Positions 42,439 to 56,081 of a stretch of 64,000 nucleotides of DNA are shown one piece after another (position 1 is the stretch's first letter; each line of letters starts with the position of its first letter). The translations under genes were made by a program, and so were the position numbers. This stretch comes from Octopus sinensis (lineage: Eukaryota), in NCBI RefSeq assembly GCF_006345805.1, contig NC_043009.1, positions 5,084,001-5,148,000 of the forward strand. Reading direction: 5' to 3'. Below the pieces are notes generated by a model that did not search any database, was not told the DNA's origin, and saw nothing but the letters and a program-made list of their open reading frames with translations.

Positions 42439-42547
42439 ATAGGAGAAGCAAAGATCCAGAGAAGGGAAGACAGAGGAAAAAAATCGCCAACGGTACACAC
42501 GAAGTCATATATATATAGATATATATATAATGTATGTATGCATATAA

Positions 42548-42694
42548 GCGCAGGCGCGGTCGTGTGGTTAGAAGATTGCTCTCCCGCCACATGGTTCCTC
42601 AACCACTTCGGCAAGTGTCTTCTACTATAGCTTCGGACCGACAGATGTCTTGTAAGTGGATTTGGTAGACAGAATCTAAAAGAAACCTGTCGTG

Positions 42695-42765
<71 letters not shown>

Positions 42766-43100
42766 ATCAATTTACTCCACCACCTACACCACCAAACGGT
42801 ATACACAGGTGCTTATAATTATCAAGTACTCACCCCGAATTTCTATATATATATATATATAATATATTATATATATATATATACATATATGTGTGTGTAT
42901 GTGTGTGTGTGTGTAGTTATGTGTTTTTCCCTCCACCATCGCATTATACCCGATCTCGTGTATTTACGTCTCCGTCACTCAGCGATTTGGCAACAGAAAC
43001 CGATAGAATAAGTACCACGCTTACAAAGAATAAGCCCAGGAGCCGATGCCTTCGGATAAAAGGCGGTGCTCCAGCATGGCCCGAGTCGAAATGGTTGAAA
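42548..43100 (+). mobile_element. SINE family B, head plus tail
   Basis: Head 42548-42693 (ggcaagtgtcttctactatag); tail 42920-43100 (aaaggcggtgctccagcatggc). Confidence 0.85.
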
Positions 43101-44224
43101 CATATATACACATATATGTGCGTGTGCGTATGCGTGTGTGTGTATGTATGCAAATATGGTATCTTCTGTTTTTTCATTATTTGACGCTTCCTGTAAGACG
43201 TCAAATTTCCACCATATTGAATGAAGTCTTGCATATTTTTACTGTTCCTCTTATAGATGTTATTTGTAAACTTCGTTGGTTTATTTCTTACTCAAGAAAC
43301 TCCAGCTATTCTGCTATTCTCGATAAATGACTTTGGCATTTACTTACAAAAGCAAGTGCCACAATCCTAATGACTATAAATGTAACTTCATGATCTGGCT
43401 GTAGAAGCTAGAAATTGCGAAGCAGTTGTCTTGCTTATCCCCTCTCTCTCTTTGAATTTCAGCGAGATATTCACTTCAGCTTTTCATGTGAGATCTATGG
43501 TGGAACTTATACTTTTTACAGGTCAAGAAGTTTTGATGCGAATATCTCAACACATTATTTCGATGTTTATATATGTTTCCAATACGTGGAGGCAGTGGCG
43601 AGATTTTATACTGACGCCAACGATGCCTTGTTTCCGGATGACATCCTATTTTGTTTTAGCGATAAGTCTTTTCCCATTCGGAATTACTAACTTGATACCA
43701 TTTTTGGACAGCTTCTGATCACATGTGTAATTTCTACATCAGAAATGTGATATAATGAACATTTTCAGTTACATTTTCAGTTACATCCAAGAAAATCATC
43801 AGGGATGTACATAAACATAAATTACACTACAGGGCCTCCCTCGTAAATAACACGTATCAATAATGTTGAATGTTGGCGGATCTAAGTAGATTTTGAACTT
43901 CTTGAGTTTTAAGTATGTTTAAGCATGTATCGGATATATATGTGTAGGTTTCTTACTCTGTGTCTAGCTTAGGAGAGATAATGTAAACATCTTACGGTTG
44001 ATTATCCTCCGATATTTCAGTCGGAGATTCACCATTGAAAACTTACTAACCATGTTTACTATATTTAGATCGAATACATGTAGGTCCGCCAGTGTTTAGT
44101 TTTTATACTGAAGAGATTTGAAGAAAAATTACAAGGGCAACATTTCACTCGTATTTATAAATATATGTAATTGTTTTATTATTGTATCATAGGGCCTGTT
44201 TTCAAATGCTTTGTGTATATATAT

Positions 44225-44960
44225 ATCGACATAGAAACTTTGAGAACAGTTCAACACAACAACACACCTTCCCCGAAAATACTGCCTTACATACAACCCC
44301 AGAAATAAAGAAGCCTTCTCCATCATCACCCAGAATTTACCAATACTTCATAAGGACCCCAAATTAAAGGAAATTCTAAACATACATAAAATCATTAAAA
44401 GCTACAAACAACCTAATTCACTTAAAAAAATTCTAACACAGGCAAAATTGTTTTCTGAAATTAAGGATGCAAAAGTAAAAAAATGTGGTAGACCAAACTG
44501 CGCAACATGCCTAAACCTTCTAGAAGGATCAGAATTCCTCTTCAAAGAGGAAAAATTAAAGATCAAATCTAATTTTACTTGTTCTTCTGAAAACATAATT
44601 TATGTCATAAGATGCTCGGGCTGCCACCAAAACTACGTGGGGTCCACGGGACTATCACTCAGACGTAGATGCACACTGCATCGACAACAGATTGCATTCC
44701 CAGAATACAGAATGATACCCTTTAGTGAGCATATTGAGAAATGCGCAAAGCAACTACTACCACAATTTTTAATCTTTCCAGTTTACCAATGTGCTATTGG
44801 AACACCAACACAAATTAGACTAAACAAGGAAACATTCTTCATTGAAAAATATAAACCCAAACTTAACCACTCTAACATTCTTACACAGAGAAACTCACCC
44901 CATTAAATAAAAGGGACAAGAAATATAAAGCGATTATCTCCCTTACACCGGAAGAAATCA
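44225..44960 (+). mobile_element. 5'-truncated Penelope-like retroelement, RT-thumb/linker plus GIY-YIG endonuclease
   Basis: Stop-free frame 44244-44906: TYNPRNKEAF...SYKQPNSLKKILTQAK...KCGRPNCATC...NIIYVIRCSGCHQNYVGSTGLSLRRRCTLH...SEHIEKC...KETFFIEKYKPKLN. This gives the IY..C..C..YVG, R..H, H, E and N motifs of PLE GIY-YIG domains. Confidence 0.9.
44244..44906 (+). CDS. Partial open frame of the Penelope GIY-YIG endonuclease (no native start; C-terminal ~220 codons)
   Basis: Extends the ORF-track entry 44448-44906 upstream in frame to a TGA at 44241. Probably not independently expressed. Confidence 0.6.
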   Translation, partial: EQFNTTTHLPRKYCLTYNPRNKEAFSIITQNLPILHKDPKLKEILNIHKIIKSYKQPNSLKKILTQAKLFSEIKDAKVKKCGRPNCATCLNLLEGSEFLFKEEKLKIKSNFTCSSENIIYVIRCSGCHQNYVGSTGLSLRRRCTLHRQQIAFPEYRMIPFSEHIEKCAKQLLPQFLIFPVYQCAIGTPTQIRLNKETFFIEKYKPKLNHSNILTQRNSPH

Positions 44961-45066
44961 CTTATTACCTCCCCTTACCTGGAACCCTCTTTACACTTCA
45001 TAACGAAGACATAACACGACATACACACACACACACAAACACACACACAGACACACACAGACACAG

Positions 45067-45111
<45 letters not shown>

Positions 45112-45116
<5 letters not shown>

Positions 45117-45542
45117 AAATACACTGTACATTTAAACACATAAGAGATGGCCATAACAGGACATCTGATCCGCTAGATTGATTGTGGACTAATTTTGGAC
45201 GAAATCGGCATTTTTGTAGTTGCTGCCGATAGAAAAAAACCGCACTTGCGCGGTCGAGTTTTAAAAATCATAACATATTAACATGAGGCATGTTCGGTAT
45301 CGCTTCGTCTTAATATGTTAATATTTGGTTTCCTACTGACGAGAGCTTCCCCAAGTAAATTATTTTATTTCCTGAAAATAGCTTGAGACCATGGTAAGGA
45401 AATAGAGGGTAAATATTTACTTTTCATTCCCTTTCGAAATTAACCCTAATAGTGGTTTGGTGTTTGTCTACTCCTTCTAGCGGGTCAGGTGTCCTATAAT
45501 GGCCATCAATTATGTGTTTTAAATGTACGGTGTATTTTTATA
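45112..45542. mobile_element. MITE-like element with ~66-bp TIRs
   Basis: Left 45112-45177 tataaaaatacactgtacatttaaacacataagagatggccataacaggacatctgatccgctaga is the reverse complement (with ~8 differences) of 45476-45542. Non-coding interior; TA at both ends. Confidence 0.8.
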
Positions 45543-45685
45543 GAAATAATATATAGTCTATTCACTAGTTTTTTTCTTCTCGCTACACCACTGTTAGCAA
45601 ATAAATTTTTTTAATTATTTTTTTCTACCCTGAATTGATTAATAATATATACATACATATATATATATGTATATATATATATGTA

Positions 45686-45717
<32 letters not shown>

Positions 45718-45841
45718 TATTATATACCTTTATAATATATTGTGTAAAGATATGTGTGTATGTGTGCTTATGTAAACATGAGTGACCTGGGAATAGACCG
45801 AAAAAGATCACTTGCGCATACATATATATGCATACATACCA

Positions 45842-45885
<44 letters not shown>

Positions 45886-45888
45886 TAA

Positions 45889-45960
<72 letters not shown>

Positions 45961-46678
45961 CATACTAAACCTGGAAACAGGAAATACATAATTCATTTCA
46001 TTGGGATTTAAACACTTGAACAAAACAAACGACAGTATCAAACAATTATTCACCTCGGCATAATTCTTTAAGTACAAACAAATATTATTTAATATTACAA
46101 AGACTATTTTTCATGTTGCTTCTTCTATTGACATATTTTTGCGTGATTATCATAATAATATTATCGCTGGTCTTATTTGAGTCAACTATGTAGTAAGTAA
46201 TTTAAGTGTGAAAGCAAATGTTTGTACTGTGCCTGTAATGCAGTTTCCACACAAGGACACTCAGATCGCACATATGCACGCAACCTGGAGTGAAACACAC
46301 ACATATACATTCATACACGTAGAGACACACAGAACTGCACACATACACGCACATACGAGTTAATATAGTCCTTCGTACATGCCGGTATGTATGTGCCTGC
46401 AAGTGTCTGCGTCTGAGTAAGTTATATAAAATATATCTGTATTTGATGAAAACAATTTTAGTGCAATATTATCTATTAATCTGTATGTTTGTCTGTGTGT
46501 CTGTCTATCTCTCACTCTCTCTCCTCTTCCCCCTCTCTCGCTCTCTCTCTCTCTTTCTGTATATGTTATATATATATATATATGTATATATACACACATA
46601 CACACACATATTTATATATATTTATATATCGATATATGTGCATATATATATTTATTTATTTATCTATCTATCTATCTA

Positions 46679-46710
<32 letters not shown>

Positions 46711-47724
46711 CGCTTTTTGATAGATATATGAATAAACACATAGAGTTGCATATACGTGTGTGAGTGTGCGTAAGCTTGTGGATGGGGTGTATGCTCTTGC
46801 ATATGTAAGAATTTATGCAAACATTACTTCTTTAAAATAAAATTATCTGCCAGCAATAACAAAGAAAAGCTTTGTCTTTATGTTGAATCACATGAGTTTG
46901 GTGTCAATGTGAAAAAATAAAAGAGCCGTATTAAATACATAACATTTAACATCTTAGATATTAGATAATTGCTTGCATCTGTATAACTGCTTTTATACAT
47001 TATTCATCTTATTTTTGTTGTGGATTTTCTTCATAATGTTGCCGTGGGAGTGCCGAAAGTTTCTGCTATTTGTACTGGTTATATCTGAAAGTAGCTTTAG
47101 CAGTTTATGTTTGTACTGGGACATTTGATACGTACTTGAATAAATAGAAAGACCATATGCTTTCCCCTCCTCCCCTCAAACCACGACAATGGAGATTTCA
47201 AATATTAGCGAAAAAGTAAATCAACTACGAGATTAACAACAATACTGACACGTAAATACACCAGCTAACACAGAACACACCAAAGAATACACATATCTAT
47301 GAGAGTACACACACGCACACACACTGATACATGGATTTAGCACACATACACGCTTGTGTGTCTGTTTGTGTCTGCATGGTTTTCTGTTAGAAGCATCAGA
47401 AGATTATGGTTAGTTTCCAGTGGGATCCACACGTGGAATTGTTAGTATTCCCAGTGCCATTCTCTAGAGTATTGGAGAGCATCTTGATAGGCAGGACATA
47501 AACGAAAAAACTGCTGATTCTGTGAAGATAAAAATATAAAAAACATAGACGTAAAATAGACTTTGGAAGACTTTAAAAAAAAGATGAAGAAAAATGTTTT
47601 TCTTTTAAATTTTGAATGTTGTATGTTTTCTTATTCGTTGTTTCAATTCTAAAACACATCAGTTGAGAATATTCAGTCGCTTTAAAGATAACAAGGAAGA
47701 GAATTTTTAAAGCGATATATATGC

Positions 47725-47755
<31 letters not shown>

Positions 47756-47761
47756 TGTATG

Positions 47762-47852
<91 letters not shown>

Positions 47853-48332
47853 TATTATATATGTATATATATATATATATTAACAACATGAGATAAAAAA
47901 TACAAGGCTTTGGATAGTTTTCAAAACATTTATAAAGAGGTCTGACATCAGAACGGTTCGAGAAAATGTTAGAGAAAAGTAATAGTTATTATAGAGCAGA
48001 TATGAAATACAGAGTGAAGTGGAGGAATGAAAACTGTCGTGAGATAAGTAAGGATATTGTATCTGCAGTTCCATTATTTAAGCAGAATGGTGTACATATG
48101 TTTCCTGTATCTCGTGTGTGAATCTGTCCATAGTACTTACTCAGCATTACTCGACACATTTGGGTCTTCTTGACACCAATACCTCTCATACCCAATACAC
48201 ACACACACACATACATATATATATATGTATATATACACACATAATTACGTGTGTGTAAGTATATATCGTATATACGTGTGTGTATATATACTTATATATA
48301 TATATGTCTATATATGCTTGTATACATATATG

Positions 48333-48407
<75 letters not shown>

Positions 48408-48805
48408 TGTTACATTGTAGGAAATTACTTATATCATTGATAATACTGCTTCAGCTTTATTTCATTGATTCAAACATTTAACTAATATTATATACGCGTT
48501 TAGTTACACAATCTTTCGGGCAGTTTATCAAAACGAGCGAACTAGTGGCGAAATACTAGTAAAACAATATGTATAACCAGTGTGTGTGTCTATTATCTGC
48601 GTAAGCAACTTCCCAAAATACAACAAAATCTGTTTCAACATATAATTTTGCATTAAGTAGCCTGCATTTCAAGTGGAAAATCGAACTGTTCATACACATG
48701 TATACACAAACGCGTGCACCCGCGCATGCACACACACACGCACAGAATATGCACACATATTTACACATTCAAATACATTCACTGATATAGATGTACATGC
48801 ATATA

Positions 48806-50086
48806 TGATGTCATCCCATAAGTTCTGTCCGATTTTACCATTTTTAAAATTGAATGAAATTTAATAGTATTTTAGAACGTGAATTGGAATTTAAAATTAT
48901 TTTTATGCATTTGTGTACATTTAAACTAATTAAATATTATGTTACAGAATAATAGAATTAAAATTTCCTTGATTAAAACCCTTTCTAACATGGAAGTATC
49001 GAAAGACCATTTGATGCACATAATGTTTTATGAGTACAAAAAAGGAAACTCTGCATCGGAAGCGACTCGAAACATACACTCAGTTTATGGGAAAGGATGC
49101 TAGAACGAAAGCTCTTGCAGCAGATGGTTTGTAAAATTCAGAAATAGAGATTTCAGCCTTGAAGATAAAGATCGAACAAGGACGTCCAGTTGAGTTTGAT
49201 GATTAGCTCCGTGAGGCATTACTTGAAGTAAATCCTGCATTATCAGTTGAAGAATTGACAATAAAGCTTACAAATGCTCATCGTTATCTTCAACAACTTG
49301 CAAAGGTTCATAAACTTGGAAAATGGATACCTCAGGAATTGCCCGAAAGCAACCGTAAATCCCGAGTTGACATCTGCTATTCTCTCAATTCTCGCGAACT
49401 CATTTCACCCTTTTTGGATAGGCTTGTGACTGGTGTAGAAAAATGGATCTTCTATTGAAATATTAAACGTCGTAAACAGTGGCTTGGTAAATGGGGGAAA
49501 AAAAGCTCAACCACAACCGAGAAGGGAACTTCATGTGAAAAAGGTTATTCTCTCTATCTGGTAGGATTGCAAAGGAGTAATTCGCTTTGAATTGTTACCA
49601 CCTAATACAACAATCAATGCTCAAGTCTACTGTCAGTAATTAGAGCGTTTGAACCAATCTTTGAAGAAAAAAAGACCCGCTTTAGTGAATCGAAAAGAAA
49701 TGATGTTTCATCAGGACAACGCGCGACCCCACACTGCAAAGATCACATCACAGAGGGTCGAAGAGCTTGGTTGGGAAAAAATTCCTCATCCATCTTATAC
49801 TCCCGACCTTTCCCCTTCAGACTACCATTTGTTTCGTAGTTTACAGAATCATTTGGGGGACATAACTTTCGCAAGCGTGGAGAAGGTCGAAACTGACATT
49901 TCAGAGTTCTTCGCTTTGAAACCAAAGAGTTTTACATTGATGGGACTAAAAAGCTTATAAATAGATGGAAGGAAGTCATAGATAATCAGGGAAGGTACAT
50001 TGAGGATTAAATTTCAATTAAATATAACATTTGATAACTTGTCTTCTGTATTCAATATTCGGACAGAATTTAAGGAATGACCTGAG
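48806..50086 (+). mobile_element. Full-length mariner (Tc1/mariner, DD34D) DNA transposon, inactivated
   Basis: About 1.28 kb. Imperfect TIRs: left gtcatcccataagttctgtccga (~48810-48832), right tcggacagaatttaaggaatgac (~50059-50081). Encloses a transposase reading frame. Confidence 0.95.
48990..50010 (+). pseudogene. Mariner transposase pseudogene (stops and frameshifts)
   Basis: ATG at 48990 gives MEVSKDHLMHIMFYEYKKGNSASEATRNI (HTH). Then WIPQEL (WVPHEL-like), LVTGVEKW (first catalytic D mutated to V), HQDNARPH and YTPDLSPSDYHLF, with 34 residues between the second and third D. Ends YIED* at 50010. ORF-track pieces 49255-49458 and 49649-49960 belong to it. Confidence 0.95.
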
Positions 50087-50189
50087 AGAATATTATGTGT
50101 GTGTATATAAAGATATACAACACAGAATACACTCACCTATCTGCCAACCTATCTACCTATCCACCTGACAGGAATTAAATTTGAAGAAT

Positions 50190-50960
50190 GTCGTAGCCTT
50201 AAACGCCATGATCAGGCTAGTGTAGGTATTCTCGAAATGAACGTCTTTCAATGCCTGAATATTTCTTGATAATATATGCAAAAAACTTATCCCTCTCTTC
50301 TAAGAACTCGAACCGCAGAAGATTAATGATTACTCCTGCTAATTCCATAGAAAAATCCTTACGAACTAAGGAGGTTAGAGCATTTCTAGATTACTGTGGC
50401 CAGGGTACAACTCGGAGTACGAGATAACAACCTCTCAACAGAGTACCAGTCAACTGCAAGATTCTCCAGGTGCCACCGTTACTCATTACAGAATGTGTGG
50501 AAGGATAAATTCATTTCAACTCTTTGTTCCGCACCTTCAGGTTGTAACTTGAAACCTCGGGTCGTTGGTCATTACTTTATACTAATATAATGTACGATCT
50601 AGGAACGCTTGTCGTTATAAGCGATTGACTCTTCATACAAAAACCTGGGTTTGTGCTCACGCAAGGAATGGGTATCCCTTCAATGAAATGAAACGCAGTA
50701 ATTATTGTTGGTGGCGAGCTATAGGTCAACTTTGATAATGCAGACCTAAGCGGGAAGGCATTCCAGATATTGTCAGTCAAACTTTTCATGACTTTTCAAG
50801 ACTGCATTATCTTTCACCGATTTGGGTGTGATTTGAAGGAGATTTATTTCATTTGTAACGATGCAGTGTGTGTGATGGAGACAGGTCTTGTTATCTATAA
50901 GAAAGAGAGAGGCCAGATAGGCGTCCTTTTGTTTGCTTGAGATGCTAGATAGCTTCACTA
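50190..50960 (-). pseudogene. Possible L1/Tx1-type LINE 3' relic
   Basis: Non-repetitive, coding-like composition with KSLT..W.A.PLR..L and H.F...W..L remnants. Weak. Confidence 0.3.
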
Positions 50961-52522
50961 AATCGCCCGCGCTCTTTATCTTCTTATATCGATCAAACTT
51001 ATAGAATAGAGAAATTAAGAGTTTATAGTGTTTGTATGAGATGGGTTATGACGCTGACCGACAAAATTAAGGACAATATAATAGATTTTATATAAAATCT
51101 ATTATGTATATAATGGTTTAGGAATCGAACCTCCTGTAGTATTTCCGCATATATTCGCATCTTTGTCTTATTAGATGACCCAGTGAATACCATAGATGTC
51201 ATATCATACTTGAAATTGAAAGCAGTTTTCTAAATATTTGGCTCTCCTACATGTCGGTGAGGATACAGTAGTACATATAAAATATTTCTATAAATAACTG
51301 ATTTCAATATCTATACACAAGCTTTTGTGTAGGTTGTATACTCCACTTTGATATTAGCCAAAATGCCTTGTATACTCAAAGCGTGGAAAGTCGTCACATT
51401 TGACCGTGACGCACAGACGTTTACATAAATAAATTTAGATTTACATCATAATGCGTTGCCACATTTTTATTGTCAATCCACGGTATACACGTCCAGTTGC
51501 GAAACAATGGTTTTCAGATTGAATGAAACAGTAAAAATGAAGCGAGCAAGGATATACTTCCTCTTTGGCAAATTGATGACTACGTAGTCACTACACATAG
51601 ACCTCAAAAGCCTACGCAACCGGATTGAAGCTAGCACGTCGTTAGAACCAGGAGCGTACATTCCAGCAGTGCTAGGTATGCGCTGCACAACCATAAAAAA
51701 ATGGCAAATTCATTATAAATGTTAACCTTACTCATTAATTTAATGATAAATCTTAATGGGAAACCCTTTGTTATACCTTTGCTTGAAATTTAGTGACAGT
51801 GGGAACGCAGCACACAATACTACCACCGCCATACATCACTCACGAATTATCACCGATTCCATTTTGGAATCAGTGATTTCGAGTGCGGTTGTTCTCTGAT
51901 TCGGAAGAATGCATATATTTCTGTTCATATAGCTTTGCAAGTGTGACTTCGGTGTACGTGTATTTTCTTTTTTGGTATTCTCAATAATGTCTGAATGCAT
52001 GGTATATTTATAAGGACAGATATTATAATTTTCAGTGCACATTATCTTTGGTATTCAAGGTGAGAAGTAGGTTCTGATGATCATTTCGGAAGGTAACAGT
52101 AATAAGTTTATAGGGACGGGGATTTTGAGACACATATTTGAGTTGAGTGTGCTTTGCAAGCATGGCCGGTAAGTGAACGACACATGCGGCTTTCTTTAAT
52201 TACGTTAATATCATGATGATTCTTAGGAATTTTGCAAAGTTGCATCATTATAAACTAAAAGCAGCGGTGGTTCAGTATGTATGCATCGATGTATGTATTA
52301 AGTATCTAGAGAGAGACACAGGGAAAGAGAAAGAGAGAGAGAGAGAGGGAGAGAGACATAGATACATTGACAGATATAAATATGAGCCCATGTTTATATA
52401 TATATATATTTGTATACGTATGTGTGTGTGTAAGTACACAGACATGTATACACATGCACACACACATATATGTGTATGTTTGTGTATGCACACATACACA
52501 CACGTATATATACACATACATG

Positions 52523-52574
<52 letters not shown>

Positions 52575-52934
52575 CACATACAGCTTTTTTGTGGGAAAGG
52601 GGAAATTTCATGCTAGTATTCTTACTCTTCCTATATGCAAGATTTGTGACCTAATAACAACTTTTACGCTTGTGTGTTGGTTTCCAGCAAGTGGTTGTTT
52701 ATTCACGATACCACTTGGGAATAATGTCTAAACATTGGTGAATGTCTATGTCGCAATATACTGCTGTTGTTGATGCAGGCATTTCTGGTGGTTTGTGTAT
52801 TTATCTTGTCAAATCAATTCAGTGTACTGTACAGAAGAATGCCCTGACTAAGGAATAAATGTATGTCATAGAAACATTTCACAACGTCCATCATATCTTT
52901 TTTTTTTTTTTTCATTTTAATGTCCATGCTTATA

Positions 52935-53508
52935 TTGGGTTGTCCGGAAAGTTCGTGCCGATTTCTAAATGAAAGAAAAAGGTCAATAAATACTTGTCAC
53001 TACCCGAGCTTTACCAGGTGCTTATGAACGACATATTTTGATAGGTTGAGGCTTTCTGCCAATTCTCGAGTTGTGCAATGCTGGTTATTCTCAATTAATG
53101 ACTTGATTTAGTCATCATCTGTAGTGGATGGTCTGCCTGATCGCTCTTTATCAATAAGGCTACAATCTCCAGCTCGGAACCATGCGAACAACTTCCGTAC
53201 AGTTCTTTCGGATAAAGAAACATCACCGTAAACTGCGCATATTCCTTTGGTTGCTTTTGAGGCACTTTTCTCTTTACGGAAAAAGAAAAGCATGAGGTAC
53301 CGAAAATGAACTTTCTTATCTTCCATTTTAAAGGGTTATAGAATTAACACAGGTTATAGGGACATACACCGTCTTCCACGAAAAGATAGCTTAAACTGTG
53401 CTCTAAATGGAGGTGCAGTCAAATTCTATTTTATGGACTCAAACATGTTCTAAAATAAGTCGAAAGATAAGCTACTATAGATCGGCACGAACTTCCCGAA
53501 CAACCCAA
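52935..53508 (-). mobile_element. Internally deleted non-autonomous mariner
   Basis: TIRs ttgggttgtccggaaagttcgtgccgat and atcggcacgaacttcccgaacaacccaa, with TA on both sides (52933-34, 53509-10). Minus-strand remnant 53108-53326 MEDKKVHFRYLMLFFFRK...ERSGRPST is the transposase N-terminal HTH; the catalytic domain is deleted. Confidence 0.92.
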
Positions 53509-53739
53509 TATTTTTGATGTTTGGGATTTGCGTTTGTGCTTACCGCGTTGACCAGATTTAATCAACGGTGTGGCTCATAAGATGCATATGTAAGGTGTAT
53601 GGTTGAGATTGTGCATGTGCTGCAGCATATACGTTTATCGACTATCCTCCCTTGAATTCTATGAGCAATAATTATATTTTTATATGAGATTTGTTCCACA
53701 TACTTTATAAATCCCCATTATAAGAATTATGAAGATCAC

Positions 53740-54220
53740 AGAGTAATCCCTCGACTATCACAGGAGTTACGTTACAACTCCAGCTGCGGCAGGGGAAAAT
53801 CCTCGAAGTAGAAACAGTACTGCATATCTTTTTTATTTTTTTTTATATGTATATAACTACTTTTATTATAAATGCAAAACATCACTCGCCTCACGAGTTT
53901 CGTTTTCTATACAGTATGTGATATTCTTTGCTTACCTATCTACGGTACAATACGTATTTTCAATTAATATAACTTAAAATAATGTTATACAGTGCAGTAC
54001 TGTACTGCATTTTTTAATTATTTATTAATTTCTATGCGTGAGAATGCGCATTTTACCACAGATATATTTAAAATCTAAAAACATATATATATACCTATCG
54101 GCCGCAGAAATCCGTGATATACTGAGGAGTCTGCGCTATAAATATACATGTATTAGCCAGAAAAATCCGCGATGTACAGAGGGCGCGATAGGCGAACCGC
54201 GATATGGCGAGTGATTACTG
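53740..54220. mobile_element. pogo/Tigger-like MITE
   Basis: Left agtaatccctcgactatcac; right cgcgatatggcgagtgattactg followed by TA. Resembles CAGTAATCCCTCGCTATATCGCG-type TIRs. Confidence 0.55.
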
Positions 54221-54559
54221 TATAAAAAGCAGCAGCGAAAAGACGGAGAAATTAAATAAAAATATGTTATGATCATATTATTCTCAGTCGCGTTTTTTGA
54301 TGTTCTAGAAGGAGTACCAGTCTGATGTTTTGCGTCACATCTTGGGGTTATTTGTATTATTATACTTTTCAGTGCATATATGTCGTCACTAAATATGCTG
54401 ACTGAACTGATATTGTCTAAAAGTGTTCTTGTCTGATTGGTGGTAGAGTATTTGGTACTGGTATTTATATCGATATTTCGTTTTGGATCCTTACCGAATG
54501 CTTATACACCTGTTTTCTAGTTGGCTCTTATTTTCGTCTTGTAGATATTTATGGCAACT

Positions 54560-54960
54560 TTGTACTGTGTTATGTGCGTTACAAGCCATCCATGGTAAAT
54601 TGCGTTGGTTTTTTTCCCTATCGTGGTTTTATTTGAAATGACGAGAGTATTGAGTTGGCTTTGTAATTTCCTTTCTTGGATTATTGATAGAAGACTGCCG
54701 TGTCTACTGATTAAATTTTACACTTCCTTGAAATAATGTTTTAGAGAAATCGTGTTGTATTTTGGTATTTCCTCTTTTATGTGTAATGTTTTGTTGTGAT
54801 TCGTTGTATGTTTGCGTGAGGTTTCGGATTTGTTTTGCTTGCTTGAATTCGTGTGAGTGTTGTGCTTGATTAAATCTACCTATACGAGTTTCATGCTGTG
54901 CATATTGTGTGGATTTGTCCACGTAAACTTATTTTCTCTCTAGGTGTTTATTTTTGTAAG
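54560..54960 (-). pseudogene. Degraded Penelope GIY-YIG relic
   Basis: Frame-shifted I(H)TI-C-T-A-* ... IG ... KQIRN, colinear with the 44.6 kb protein. Confidence 0.45.
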
Positions 54961-55817
54961 ATCCGCATTTCTAACATTTTATCTTTCAGTCGGTGTTCCA
55001 TTAGTGACCACATATTCGTTTCTTTTCTGCTATAGTGATTTTGAAATTATATTATTCAATATAATTCTTTTCCAACAGAAACTGCAGGTGCAATTTTTAG
55101 ATATATTTAGATCTTACTAAACTAACGACCGTGTGTAGTTACAATTGTAAGTAAAATATTTCTATAACTGTCATATCCTAGCGAACACGTGTCATCTTAT
55201 TTTCTAAAGACGCTAGAGTTTCTTTGAGGGATATATTACAGCTGTTTCTAGCAGGGTGAGAATCATCGTAGAAGATTGACAAGTATTAATAGAAACTGAT
55301 GGAATGGAAAATTTTTTTATTGTGCATAACTGACTGACTTACTGTATAGAATGAAGTTTCTCCAGAAACTGATTTCATATCCTATCGGAATCATATTTAG
55401 TGTTATTACTCCGCAAATGGATGAATTATATACTGTTCTTAAGTTTTACTGAACTCAATATTGCATAACACTTCCTTCCGAATGTGTGGCCTTGTATATA
55501 TGGAATACACGAATACATTTTTTAAACCATTTACGTCTGCGTTTATATGGCTGTTGCGTGATGATATCTTTTACCAAAACGACAAGACACATAAAATATA
55601 TGGAGAAGACATATGCAAAAAAATAAATGATGTTTATAGATTTAATATTCGACGAGATATATGATGTTGATGTATATAGTTGTCAGAAGGGTGGAAAATG
55701 ATATCGAAAATCCCTTCCATTTTAGAAAATGTGTAATACGTAGATTGCTCCGTAAGTAGATAAATGTATAGATTGACAAATTTATAAACAGAAAAATAGA
55801 CCGATAGACAAACAGGC

Positions 55818-55944
<127 letters not shown>

Positions 55945-56013
55945 GAGTTGGGTGATGGTTCGGTAATACACAGACAGATAGACGGAGGTAGGCAGACATA
56001 CATACAGACAGAC

Positions 56014-56081
<68 letters not shown>

